Of a DNA stretch of 61,925 nt, positions 49,129-58,189 are shown one piece after another. Position 1 is the first letter of the stretch. Each line of letters begins with the position of its first letter. The stretch comes from Opitutia bacterium (GTDB lineage Bacteria; Verrucomicrobiota; Verrucomicrobiia; Opitutales; Seribacteraceae). A model generated the notes under the pieces. It had not been told where the DNA came from. It did not search any database and saw only the letters and a list, made by a program, of their open reading frames with translations. The translations under genes were made by a program, and so were the position numbers. The DNA lies in contig PBSV01000006.1 of the NCBI GenBank assembly GCA_002726435.1, forward strand, positions 19,531 through 81,455, in the 5' to 3' direction.

Positions 49129-49637
49129 ATTTTCCAATCGTTTAACCGAGAAATGATTTCAGCAACAACTAAGTTTGTCCCTCGGTTGAAATTTATTTTA
49201 AAGCCACACTCATCAGTCGATAAAGGTTCGAGCGTATTCAACTGATCGACCAGAAGAATAGGGTTGAAGAAATGATTTTTTCTTTTGTGTAGGCGACTCT
49301 CCAGAACTTCTTTAGCACCTGAAAGATGAATGAAAATCGTTCGATTTTTATGAGAAGAAAGAATCTCCCGATAAGACTTTTTTAAAGCCGAACAACTGAT
49401 TACCATTGGTTTAGTGGAAGTGGTACAAACTGATACCAGTTTGTACAACCAGTTTTTTCGATCGGCATCATCTAATGAAGCACCAGCTGTCATCTTATGC
49501 TTATTCGCCGAAGAATGAAAGTCATCTCCTTCCACAAAAATCCAGTTCATTTTTTTGGCTAGTAATTGACCAATTGTTGATTTTCCTGCACCGGAGACAC
49601 CCATAAGAATAATCACAGTCTGGTCATCTTCAGACAA
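49125..49637 (-). CDS. gntK: Gluconokinase (GntK/IdnK family)
   Basis: MGVSGAGKSTIG, EGDDFH, LDDADRKNWL, CSALKKSYRE, QLNTLE. Confidence 0.92.
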   Translation of the reverse strand: MSEDDQTVIILMGVSGAGKSTIGQLLAKKMNWIFVEGDDFHSSANKHKMTAGASLDDADRKNWLYKLVSVCTTSTKPMVISCSALKKSYREILSSHKNRTIFIHLSGAKEVLESRLHKRKNHFFNPILLVDQLNTLEPLSTDECGFKINFNRGTNLVVAEIISRLNDWKI

Positions 49638-49651
49638 TATAAGAGCCCGTG

Positions 49652-50041
49652 CTATTTAGGTTTTTCAATCACTTCTACCTCGTACCCTTCGGGAGCATCA
49701 ACAAATGCAAATGTAGATCCCGAAGAACTTTTTGTCGGTCCATCACTAAACTCAAATCCGATTTTTTTTATGTGTTCAGAAAATTCACTCATACTTTTTA
49801 CTTCAAAAGCCAAATGCATCAGATCTTCCTGTACTTGAACCTTACCGGAATTAGGAAAATAAGTAATTTCAATTTCCTCTTCACTGTTGGGAACTTTGAT
49901 AAAAACAAGCTTGGAACCACGGGGAGATTCATGGCGACGGGAAACTTTGAGTCCAAAAACTTTTTGATAAAACTCAACGGTTTCCTCCAAATTATTAACC
50001 CTCATTCGAGTGTGAAGAAATTTAGACACTATTTCGTTCAT
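49652..50041 (-). CDS. VOC-family protein, lactoylglutathione lyase (glyoxalase I)-like
   Basis: LHTRMRVNNLEETVEFY, IEITY, HLAFEV, AFVDAPEGYEVEVIE. Confidence 0.88.
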   Translation of the reverse strand: MNEIVSKFLHTRMRVNNLEETVEFYQKVFGLKVSRRHESPRGSKLVFIKVPNSEEEIEITYFPNSGKVQVQEDLMHLAFEVKSMSEFSEHIKKIGFEFSDGPTKSSSGSTFAFVDAPEGYEVEVIEKPK

Positions 50042-50066
50042 TAAATTCCCTTAGTAAGGAGAATAT

Positions 50067-50534
50067 CTACTCAAAAGAAAAAGTAACTTTCTCAACGCCT
50101 GCTTCCGAACACGCATTTAGCACACTTATGGAAGCTTGATGCAGGGCTAGAGTGGAAGATTCAATCTGCACTTTCAATTCCGCTTCCGCTTTGCTACGAG
50201 CTCCACTACTGATCAATTGGTCCCTCATTCCTTTTTGGGTCTTTAAATTAGAGACTAGGTCCTGCATCGCCAGATCTAATCCATCTTCGATTTCTGATCC
50301 GTTCAAATAAACTTCACCTTCATCTCCAATTTTAACATTCAACATTTCCATTGGGGTAACATCACTGCTTTGTGGTTTACCAGGCAGTTGAATAGACAAC
50401 TCGGCTTCAGGCTGCTTGAGCATGGTAGTGACCATAAAATAAATAAGCAGAAGGAATGTGACATCGATCATTGGGGTTAAATCAACCTCGTCAACATCAT
50501 CCAAAATTTTCTTCAGTGCGTCCATTATACTCAA
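50067..50534 (-). CDS. exbD: ExbD/TolR-family protein (second copy; start TTG 50534 or ATG 50525)
   Basis: VDLTPMIDVTFLLLIYFMVT with the conserved TM Asp; C-terminal NACSEAGVEKVTF. Confidence 0.92.
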   Translation of the reverse strand: MSIMDALKKILDDVDEVDLTPMIDVTFLLLIYFMVTTMLKQPEAELSIQLPGKPQSSDVTPMEMLNVKIGDEGEVYLNGSEIEDGLDLAMQDLVSNLKTQKGMRDQLISSGARSKAEAELKVQIESSTLALHQASISVLNACSEAGVEKVTFSFE

Positions 50535-50941
50535 CTAGCCACTTGCCAAGTAGCAAAGATAATGTCGGCTTGCCCGGCATTTCCAATCTCTTTCATAACA
50601 TCCTGGACGACTGAATGCTGGACTTCTGGATGTACCCGCAGAAAGACTTTCCATTTCGGGTTTTTTTTAACGACCCAACTTATTTGTGAAATATCAATTT
50701 CAGACTCACCCCAATAATATTTTTCTCCTTCTAGGGTATCATCGATACTAATGATTGTTCGGGAGGGTGGATTTTCTTTAACCGCGGAATTACTAGCCAC
50801 CGCCATGGCGGATAATTCAACATATTGCTCGGACATTTGTTGAGCTACGACCATAAAAAAGACGATGAGCAGGAAAACAACATCAATCATTGGAGTCAAA
50901 TCAGGGGAATCATTAGATTCCGGGGGCTTGTATCTTTTCAT
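50531..50941 (-). CDS. exbD: ExbD/TolR-family protein (first copy)
   Basis: PDLTPMIDVVFLLIVFFMVV; VFLRVH...VQDVMKEIGNAG. Confidence 0.92.
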   Translation of the reverse strand: MKRYKPPESNDSPDLTPMIDVVFLLIVFFMVVAQQMSEQYVELSAMAVASNSAVKENPPSRTIISIDDTLEGEKYYWGESEIDISQISWVVKKNPKWKVFLRVHPEVQHSVVQDVMKEIGNAGQADIIFATWQVAS

Positions 50942-50976
50942 TGCTGAAATCCTTTGATACTACGGCAAGAGTCAGG

Positions 50977-51813
50977 TTATTGAGAAGACGGCAATTCCGG
51001 AGAAGGAGGCAATCCTTCCTCTTCTTCAGAAACCACTTCCTCTTCTTCATAATATTCCTCTCCGGCTTCTTCCTGGTCAAATCCTCCCCGGGCTGCCCTA
51101 ACTAAGGTAAAAACCATCTCACCTGCGACCTTATTCACTTCAGCAACGATATTTCCAAATTTTGTCTTAAATAAAAAATATGAGATTAAGGTTGGAATCG
51201 CCACTACAAGACCTGCGGCTGTGGTCCACAAAGCACTTCCGATATTGCCTGCCATTTGTTTGCTCGATTCACCTCCCATCCCTGACTCGGTCAGGACTGT
51301 AAAAGCTCCAATCATACCTGTTACTGTACCAAGAAGTCCAATCATTGGAGCAATTGATCCAATAGTGTTAAGCATATTAATCCAAGTGAAAGGCTTAGAT
51401 AACTCGATACCAGATGACTCTTCCAGCCCCTTTTCAATTTGCTCAATGTCTAATTCGTCATCTTGAATTCGAGCCAAGCCGCCCTTGAGAACCGAAGTAA
51501 CTGGTAACTTGTACTGGTCACAAAGTGCAAGGGCACCATCGATATTGAGGTTTTGTACCTCTTGCATGATCGGTGCCACGACATCGTCCTTAACAAACGC
51601 TTTTTTGCGCACTGCTATACTGTTGTAGATAATCAGGGTAAATCCTCCGATTACAAGTATCGCAAATGGAAACATAAAAACTCCAAGTGAGTCGACTAAC
51701 TGATCCCCAAGGCTTTTGCTTTGGGCTTGTGCAATGGAAACAAACATCTCCGGGTACAAACACGCAAAAGTGAGCGCGAAAAATAAAAGGCTTCTGTTAA
51801 ATCCAAGTTTCAT
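50977..51813 (-). CDS. exbB: MotA/TolQ/ExbB proton-channel protein
   Basis: IAPMIGLLGTVTGMIGAF, ALWTTAAGLVVAIP; N-terminal signal-like segment; acidic tail. Confidence 0.93.
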   Translation of the reverse strand: MKLGFNRSLLFFALTFACLYPEMFVSIAQAQSKSLGDQLVDSLGVFMFPFAILVIGGFTLIIYNSIAVRKKAFVKDDVVAPIMQEVQNLNIDGALALCDQYKLPVTSVLKGGLARIQDDELDIEQIEKGLEESSGIELSKPFTWINMLNTIGSIAPMIGLLGTVTGMIGAFTVLTESGMGGESSKQMAGNIGSALWTTAAGLVVAIPTLISYFLFKTKFGNIVAEVNKVAGEMVFTLVRAARGGFDQEEAGEEYYEEEEVVSEEEEGLPPSPELPSSQ

Positions 51814-51873
51814 AATTTTATATTTTTTGTCTATTAGAAATGATTTCGATGCAGGGTCAACGCAGGATTGAAA

Positions 51874-53193
51874 TTAGGAAGATGGTAATGCCTCCAATCG
51901 TTTACGACATTTTGAATCCCACTTTGAGGAGGGGAAAAAGCGTGTGACCTGTTGATAAACATTTTTTGCGGCTTCGTATTGCTTAAGCTTTTCATAGGCA
52001 TCCCCTGCCATCAATAAAGACTCTGGCAACCAGTCAAGACCAACCCTTGCACTTACAATTCCTTCCGTTACTTCGAGCACCGATTGCCGATAATATTCTT
52101 CCGCTTTTTCTTGATCACCCATAGCTTCAGTCCTTCTGGCATACTGAACCCGCACTAAGGCCCTTACTAGTTTGTACAGGGAAAACTCGTTAGACTGTCT
52201 TGCTGGTGGATCTTCATCCAACGCTTTTAATCCCTGCAGGGCAGCGTTGAAATATTTGGATGCGTATTGGTTGTACCTTTTGTCTTTGGCAGCAGCCTTG
52301 GAGTACAATTCATAATTCTTTATATAACAGTACACCGGCCAGACACGAAGTATTGACTTATAGGGGCTTGCAGTGGATTTGTTGACCAGGGGACCAAGCC
52401 TGCCATATTCTGCAATCGCTTCTGTAAAAAGTCCTTGGTTACGAAGTGAATCAGCCAAGCGAAGATAGGCTTCATGGTCGCCGCTATCATCTCGGATATT
52501 TACTCTTCTCAACAAAGCAAGCGACACTTTTGCTGATTTGGGATTGGCACGAATCATTTTTCCAGTCAGGTCTAAAGCTGCTTCTGAAAATTCCCGGTAA
52601 CCAAAATCATCAAGTTGAGAGAGATTGAGGCGAGAGAGAAGATAAAAAGCTTCTCCGAATTGCTCCAATTCAATGAGCGACTTTACATAGGTGAGACATT
52701 TTCCATGAATTGGGAAATTCTGAGGAGAAATGCTCATAAATAGCATGAGTTTATACATCGTTGGCCTAAGTACATTAACAAAAGGCAGTTGATAATTCTC
52801 ATTTTCAAGCTGAGCAATAACCTGACCCAAATAAATTTTTTCCTTTTTTTGTATTTTTGCTTGAGCGAGTTGTTGAGGCGACAAGAGGGGATTAACCACT
52901 GCATACCTAGGATCCCTCCATGGAGTGAATTCAAAATAACTGATGTTTTGTTTACTTAGACTTCTCAGTTCGAGTTCCAAAGCACCCAATCCTTCGATTT
53001 TGGCATAAATTATCCCCTTGGTCGGGTCCACTCCCCGCAACACAATATTTTTAGGGTTTGCAGCATTGGCGTAATGGACCTTGGCAGGAATTTCCCCCGC
53101 ATACTTTTTGAAGAAATCTTCTACCTTCTGACCATTTGTCTGTCCATAAAGACAGAGCGAAATAATTACTCCAATTGTCCTTACAATATTCAT
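51874..53193 (-). CDS. Secreted TPR protein
   Basis: Signal peptide; helical repeats such as YLRLADSLRNQGLFTEAIAEY and SLLMAGDAYEKLKQYEAAKNVYQQVTRFFP. Confidence 0.85.
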   Translation of the reverse strand: MNIVRTIGVIISLCLYGQTNGQKVEDFFKKYAGEIPAKVHYANAANPKNIVLRGVDPTKGIIYAKIEGLGALELELRSLSKQNISYFEFTPWRDPRYAVVNPLLSPQQLAQAKIQKKEKIYLGQVIAQLENENYQLPFVNVLRPTMYKLMLFMSISPQNFPIHGKCLTYVKSLIELEQFGEAFYLLSRLNLSQLDDFGYREFSEAALDLTGKMIRANPKSAKVSLALLRRVNIRDDSGDHEAYLRLADSLRNQGLFTEAIAEYGRLGPLVNKSTASPYKSILRVWPVYCYIKNYELYSKAAAKDKRYNQYASKYFNAALQGLKALDEDPPARQSNEFSLYKLVRALVRVQYARRTEAMGDQEKAEEYYRQSVLEVTEGIVSARVGLDWLPESLLMAGDAYEKLKQYEAAKNVYQQVTRFFPSSKWDSKCRKRLEALPSS

Positions 53194-55364
53194 TTTAAGA
53201 ATTTACGTTGCCAGTCCTGATACTGCTTCTCGATTTTAGTAATTTGATCGGTTTGCCCTGATTGTTCAAAACAACTGATTGCCTTTTCGTAGGATTTAGG
53301 AGCCCACTTAATTGCTCCGGGGAAATTCAATGTTGTTTCAAGATAAAGGAATGCCGCTCCCGCATAGTCTTTCAAGGCTCTCTTGCATTCACCCATCATG
53401 AAGGAGGATTCCGCACGGATCTCCAAAGTGGTATCGGTATCGGATCGGACTTCTTGAAACGAATCACTTGCTTGGCCAAAGGCGTTGGAGTCTTTTGTTT
53501 CCTCACCAACTTTGAAGAGTGCCGAGCCTTTTCTCATACGGGCGTCGTTGGCTAAATCATGCCAGGAAGAATTTGCTAGGGCATTCTCAAAATGCATCGC
53601 AGCAGCCTGAAATTGGCGGTTTTTTTCTTTTGCCTTACCAAGAAGATAGTGAGCGTCAAATAAGAAGTCTCCTCCAGAATCACCATAAACTTGAATTAGC
53701 CTTTCCATCGCCGCAACCGCATCATCAACGGAATTTTGCCCAAGCATTGTTTGACCCATCCATACAAGAACTCCCGGACTCGCGGCGGGAAAATCACTTC
53801 TTTGTGGATTGTAATTACCGCCTGCCTTCGACCCAACTTGCGAAAGGCTTGCCCTCATTCTTAATTCCAAAGTCTTTTGCCCCGCGTCTACTGCATCATT
53901 AAGAAGGGCAGCAAAAGATTTCGAAGGTGCGAGATCGGCAGGGAAAGCTTCTTTGAGTTTCTTATACTTGTTAAAATGTCCTTTGAATTTCGAGATGTAT
54001 TGGGGCGCAGTGAAAATTGCCCCCTTTAATTTCGCAACTTCTTTGTATATTGCGGGGTCAATACCAGTATAGTTTGTGGATAGATAGGGAAGCAATTTTC
54101 TTCGATCTTTCGCAATGTCTTCGATCGTGCCAGAAATTACTTCTTCAATTCCCTTACGATTACGATATGAAAAAGAAACAGTCTCGTTGGGATTCTGAAG
54201 GTTGTCTAACAGCTCGAAAGTCAAACCATAAAGTTTTTCGTATTCGAGGTATTTTTTTGTGTATTTTTTAAGAATTTCATCTACTCCCACTCGGCTTGGG
54301 TCATTGCCAAATTTTTTTATGTCTGAAAAATACATTTCGAGCATTTCAGAGGGACGGCCCTGCTTTTCACAGGCAAATCCAATTTTTTCGGTGGCCTGAG
54401 AAATTCTCGCTCCATCCTGTGTTGCATATTGATTGTTATACTCCCTAAATAGTGTTTCAATCTGAGAATAGGAAGATTGGATGGCGAGCTCTGCAAGTTC
54501 ACCAAAATCCAAGGCTTTATCTCCATTCAAATCATGGTCTGAAAAAGCTCCAGATCCCTGCGGATTTAATTCCTGAAATTCAGACGCCTGAAGTAGTTCA
54601 TCTTTGTTTTTATCAAAAGTGTAATAGTGATCAATGAGACCTTCCGGCTTTTCAACCGAGGATTCAAGCACCCCACCTTCATTAAAAGTTGAGTCAGAAA
54701 TCAAATTAATGTCCTTTGAAATTTTCCGCACCTGTGCGTAACTCTCCCGAGCCTCTGTAAGTTGGCTAAAGGAAGGGTACTCATCAGGTTTAACTTGGCT
54801 CATTACAATGTCACCAAGACTAAGAAAAACTTCTGCAGCTTTCGGATCATCAGGGTATTCACGAATGAATTGTTTAAACAGTCTCAGGGCATTCGCATTG
54901 TCCATGGATCCTTGGTAAGCAACTGCCAGGCGAAAAAGGGCATCCTTACTGAATTTCTTATCGGGGTAGTGACGAATAGTGGCACCATTCGCCCAAGAAT
55001 CATTGATGTTTTCTTTCCCAGCCGCAACGAGATTACCCCCGCCTGTCCTATCAGTTATTCTCCATGTAGATCCATTAAACCACATGTTAAATCCATCTGA
55101 ATTTGCGTACACCGGTTGGCCATTTTTCATTTCTCCGGTGGGTAAATATACACCGTTTGGATCAGGCACATTTAAAATTTCAGGCTCAGAATCGGGAATT
55201 AAATCTCCCGATTCTTCTTCAATCGAAGGAATATTCGCTACTTCCTTTTTGATTTCATCGTCTTTAATCGAAGGGGTTTTTTCTGGAATGCTTTCAGGGT
55301 CATCTCCTCCGCAAGATAAAATAAGAGAGAAAGCCAAAACCAACAAAAGTCGAGTTGTGACCAT
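53190..55364 (-). CDS. TPR lipoprotein with an EF-hand pair
   Basis: Lipobox ILS-C; TPRs (DALFRLAVAYQG, AHYLLGKA, SSFMMGEC); EF loops DKNKDELLQASE and DLNGDKALDFGE. Confidence 0.85.
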   Translation of the reverse strand: MVTTRLLLVLAFSLILSCGGDDPESIPEKTPSIKDDEIKKEVANIPSIEEESGDLIPDSEPEILNVPDPNGVYLPTGEMKNGQPVYANSDGFNMWFNGSTWRITDRTGGGNLVAAGKENINDSWANGATIRHYPDKKFSKDALFRLAVAYQGSMDNANALRLFKQFIREYPDDPKAAEVFLSLGDIVMSQVKPDEYPSFSQLTEARESYAQVRKISKDINLISDSTFNEGGVLESSVEKPEGLIDHYYTFDKNKDELLQASEFQELNPQGSGAFSDHDLNGDKALDFGELAELAIQSSYSQIETLFREYNNQYATQDGARISQATEKIGFACEKQGRPSEMLEMYFSDIKKFGNDPSRVGVDEILKKYTKKYLEYEKLYGLTFELLDNLQNPNETVSFSYRNRKGIEEVISGTIEDIAKDRRKLLPYLSTNYTGIDPAIYKEVAKLKGAIFTAPQYISKFKGHFNKYKKLKEAFPADLAPSKSFAALLNDAVDAGQKTLELRMRASLSQVGSKAGGNYNPQRSDFPAASPGVLVWMGQTMLGQNSVDDAVAAMERLIQVYGDSGGDFLFDAHYLLGKAKEKNRQFQAAAMHFENALANSSWHDLANDARMRKGSALFKVGEETKDSNAFGQASDSFQEVRSDTDTTLEIRAESSFMMGECKRALKDYAGAAFLYLETTLNFPGAIKWAPKSYEKAISCFEQSGQTDQITKIEKQYQDWQRKFLK

Positions 55365-55365
55365 T

Positions 55366-57114
55366 TTATTCTACCCCCTCTCCACTATTTTCAGAAGTTA
55401 CAAGAGCACCGTCGGACAAAGGAAGACCTTCCACATGAACTCCTACGATAGGAGCGAGGAGAGGTTTTGCTTCTTCGAATTTTCCTGACGCTAAAAATCC
55501 CAATCCACTCATATATAGAGTGGACGACATTGCCGGACTGTTTAAAAATTCTTTGTTGTTAACATAACCTTTTTTAGGATCCATTACGCCATTCTCAAAA
55601 CCTACAAATTTCACCAGCATATCCTCGAATTTTCGTCTTTTAAAATAGACCGACCCCATCATATTTATAAAATCGGTGGAATATTTGTGATCGGGCATGA
55701 TTCCAAGAAAATCGTCGCAAAGATTAAAAAAACGATCGTAGTATTCATCCGCGGTTTCCTTTGCTTTTACAGCCCTCTCTTTATCGATTGTGGTCATTGC
55801 TGTTTGTAAACTGGTAGCAAGGGCCTGCTGTTTGAGTGCTTCTTCCCGATAAGCATTTGACATTATAAAAGTAACATCAGGACGGAAGTCCTTCCAATCC
55901 TTATTGGCAAGGTACTCCTCGCCCAGTAGTATGGATTTATCCCGAAATTTGACGGTGTTTGCGGAAGCAAAAGCAGCATAAATGAAGTTTTCCACATTTT
56001 CATGTTCAGGAAAATCCTTATATAGCCAATAGAAACCCCAAAACGATTCCCAATTTCTTTTGGTAGCTTGAAAATTATCCGACTTTCTCCACCGCAAAGT
56101 AGTGGTGTAAGATGGAGTGCTTCTGACCATTGCAAGCTGGCTTTTCGCACTCGTCAATTTCAGGGCAATTTTGTTGTTTTCGTCACGTAGAATTTCAAGT
56201 CTTCTTGTTGGAAGACCCGATCCAAATCGATTGAGAAAGTCCGTTAGCCTTTTCCGTTCCGCAGTAAGCCGTTTTTCTCTTTCGGAGTAGTATACATCAA
56301 TTTCCTCAGCGGTCATTGTTAATGCATAAAGCAGGGAGGCTTCAATATTTCTTCCCGCATCTTTAAGCAAGCCTGCTCCTTGCATCAAATTAACATTTAA
56401 TCGTAAGTCGTAACGAGCAGGAGTATCACCTGAAAGTCTTGGGAGTAACGGGAAAACCTCATCTATCCGTTTGGTTTGAACGAACATTTCGGTTAAACAG
56501 GAAACCGCGTAAGCAGAGCGATCTTCATCTTTTGCTTCATCAGCGAAATCAAGAAGTTCCCGAAATGCAGATTCTCCCTTATTCCAGTCCTGTAAAATAT
56601 GATAACATTGAGCTCTTCCAAAAAACAGGTCCAGCAATTCACTCCGCTTTACTATTTTACTGCGAAATGGTTCTTTCAACAAGGTTTCAATTACTTTTGC
56701 AGACTCCATCCATTCCTGCAAAGCCCGCAAGCAATCAGTTCTTTTCTGCATGGCCAAGACAGATCTTGGGTCGGACGGAAACTTTTCCGCAAAAGCTCCA
56801 AATGCACTCGCTGCTTTGCCAAGGAATTCTTGATTGCCTGATTCTGCGTAGGATTGAAGATACCCAACACCCCTGACGAAACCAAATTCTTGGAGCATTC
56901 TTTCTATCTTCGGGTCCTTCTCGTCCTCAAACCTGATTTCAAGCTCGTCCAAATAAGGCGAAGCTTGGGCAAAGTCACTGTTTGCGATAAGTTCCTGGGC
57001 CTCCGAAATCACCTGCCTGAGAGGCATCTCGGCAGGATTTTGAGCAAACAATAAGTGTGCTTGTAAAAAAAACAGAACAAGAAAAAAAAAGGGGGGGACT
57101 TTGGTTATAAGCAT
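55366..57114 (-). CDS. Secreted TPR/alpha-solenoid protein
   Basis: Signal peptide ending LFA-Q; repeated helical hairpins with F/YP turns (EKFPSDP, KDFPEH, IMPDH). Confidence 0.8.
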   Translation of the reverse strand: MLITKVPPFFFLVLFFLQAHLLFAQNPAEMPLRQVISEAQELIANSDFAQASPYLDELEIRFEDEKDPKIERMLQEFGFVRGVGYLQSYAESGNQEFLGKAASAFGAFAEKFPSDPRSVLAMQKRTDCLRALQEWMESAKVIETLLKEPFRSKIVKRSELLDLFFGRAQCYHILQDWNKGESAFRELLDFADEAKDEDRSAYAVSCLTEMFVQTKRIDEVFPLLPRLSGDTPARYDLRLNVNLMQGAGLLKDAGRNIEASLLYALTMTAEEIDVYYSEREKRLTAERKRLTDFLNRFGSGLPTRRLEILRDENNKIALKLTSAKSQLAMVRSTPSYTTTLRWRKSDNFQATKRNWESFWGFYWLYKDFPEHENVENFIYAAFASANTVKFRDKSILLGEEYLANKDWKDFRPDVTFIMSNAYREEALKQQALATSLQTAMTTIDKERAVKAKETADEYYDRFFNLCDDFLGIMPDHKYSTDFINMMGSVYFKRRKFEDMLVKFVGFENGVMDPKKGYVNNKEFLNSPAMSSTLYMSGLGFLASGKFEEAKPLLAPIVGVHVEGLPLSDGALVTSENSGEGVE

Positions 57115-57205
57115 CGAGTAGGCAAACTTGAATGAAAAGTGATAAAAGACCCGAGTGGATTCACCCGCAAGACTTTTTTCGAATCATCCAGTCAGTGTAC
57201 ACCAA

Positions 57206-58189
57206 CTAGTTTATACAGCAAGGACAAGATAGCACCCAATGACTCGCTTCAATTTCCTCCATTCTTAAGGTTTTACCAATGCTTTCAGGATATCTTGCCG
57301 ATGAAACTCTGTGTCCAAATGCACACCCGGGAGGAGGATTTATTGGGGAAGGTACATCTCCGGGAATGATTATTTTTTTTCTGGAATGACTCGGATCAGG
57401 AACTGGAATGGCAGAAATTAATGCTTTTGTATAGTCATGCAGTGGATTGGAATAGAGTTCTTGAGCAGGAGCGATCTCAACAATTTTCCCTAGATACATG
57501 ACCGCGATCATATCCGAAACATGCTTCACAACGGCAAGGTCGTGAGCAATGAGCAAATAGCTCAAACCCAGTTCGTTTTGTAATTCCATAAGAAGATTAA
57601 GCACTTGGCTTTGAACGGATACATCCAAAGCTGAGACCGGTTCGTCCAGCAAAAGCATATCGGGATTCAAGGCAAGGGACCGGGCAATTCCAATTCGTTG
57701 GCGTTGCCCGCCTGAAAACTCAAACGGGTAGCGCATACCTGAACTTGCAGGAAGTCCAACCTGTTCGAGCAGTTTACAAACACGTTCATTTCGCTCGCTT
57801 TTCTTTCCAAAATTATGGATTTCAAGGGGTTCCTGAACAATCGCACTGACTGTTTGTCTCGGGTTTAGGGATTCGGCAGGATCTTGAAAAACCATTTGGG
57901 CAACCCGTCGATATTCCTGGAGCGATTTCCGTCCTGACCTAAGAACTTCTTTTCCCCTAAATCTGACCGAACCAGTAGTGGGCTTTACCAAACCAACGAC
58001 CGCCTTGGCGAGGGTGGATTTCCCACATCCAGACTCACCGACCAATCCCAGTGTTTGACCTTCTTTCAGATTAAGACTGACTCCATCGACTGCTTTACAT
58101 GAACCTACCGCCCTACGAAAGACTCCTCCTTTCACCGGAAAGTGAACTCTGAGATTCTCGATCTCTAAAATATTTTCGCTTCCGCTCAT
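57206..58189 (-). CDS. oppF: Peptide ABC transporter ATP-binding protein (OppF/DppF-like)
   Basis: GESGCGKST, FSGGQRQR, LLDEPVSALD, AHDL, HDYTKAL, GDVPSP; ATG 58189 overlaps the upstream stop. Confidence 0.9.
   Translation of the reverse strand: MSGSENILEIENLRVHFPVKGGVFRRAVGSCKAVDGVSLNLKEGQTLGLVGESGCGKSTLAKAVVGLVKPTTGSVRFRGKEVLRSGRKSLQEYRRVAQMVFQDPAESLNPRQTVSAIVQEPLEIHNFGKKSERNERVCKLLEQVGLPASSGMRYPFEFSGGQRQRIGIARSLALNPDMLLLDEPVSALDVSVQSQVLNLLMELQNELGLSYLLIAHDLAVVKHVSDMIAVMYLGKIVEIAPAQELYSNPLHDYTKALISAIPVPDPSHSRKKIIIPGDVPSPINPPPGCAFGHRVSSARYPESIGKTLRMEEIEASHWVLSCPCCIN

Noticed and set aside
49649-50044. 131-aa plus-strand ORF exactly antisense to the glyoxalase gene
   Set aside because: Shadow ORF with no motif; the minus-strand protein has clear VOC signatures. 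The same applies to the other short overlapping ORFs in the track.
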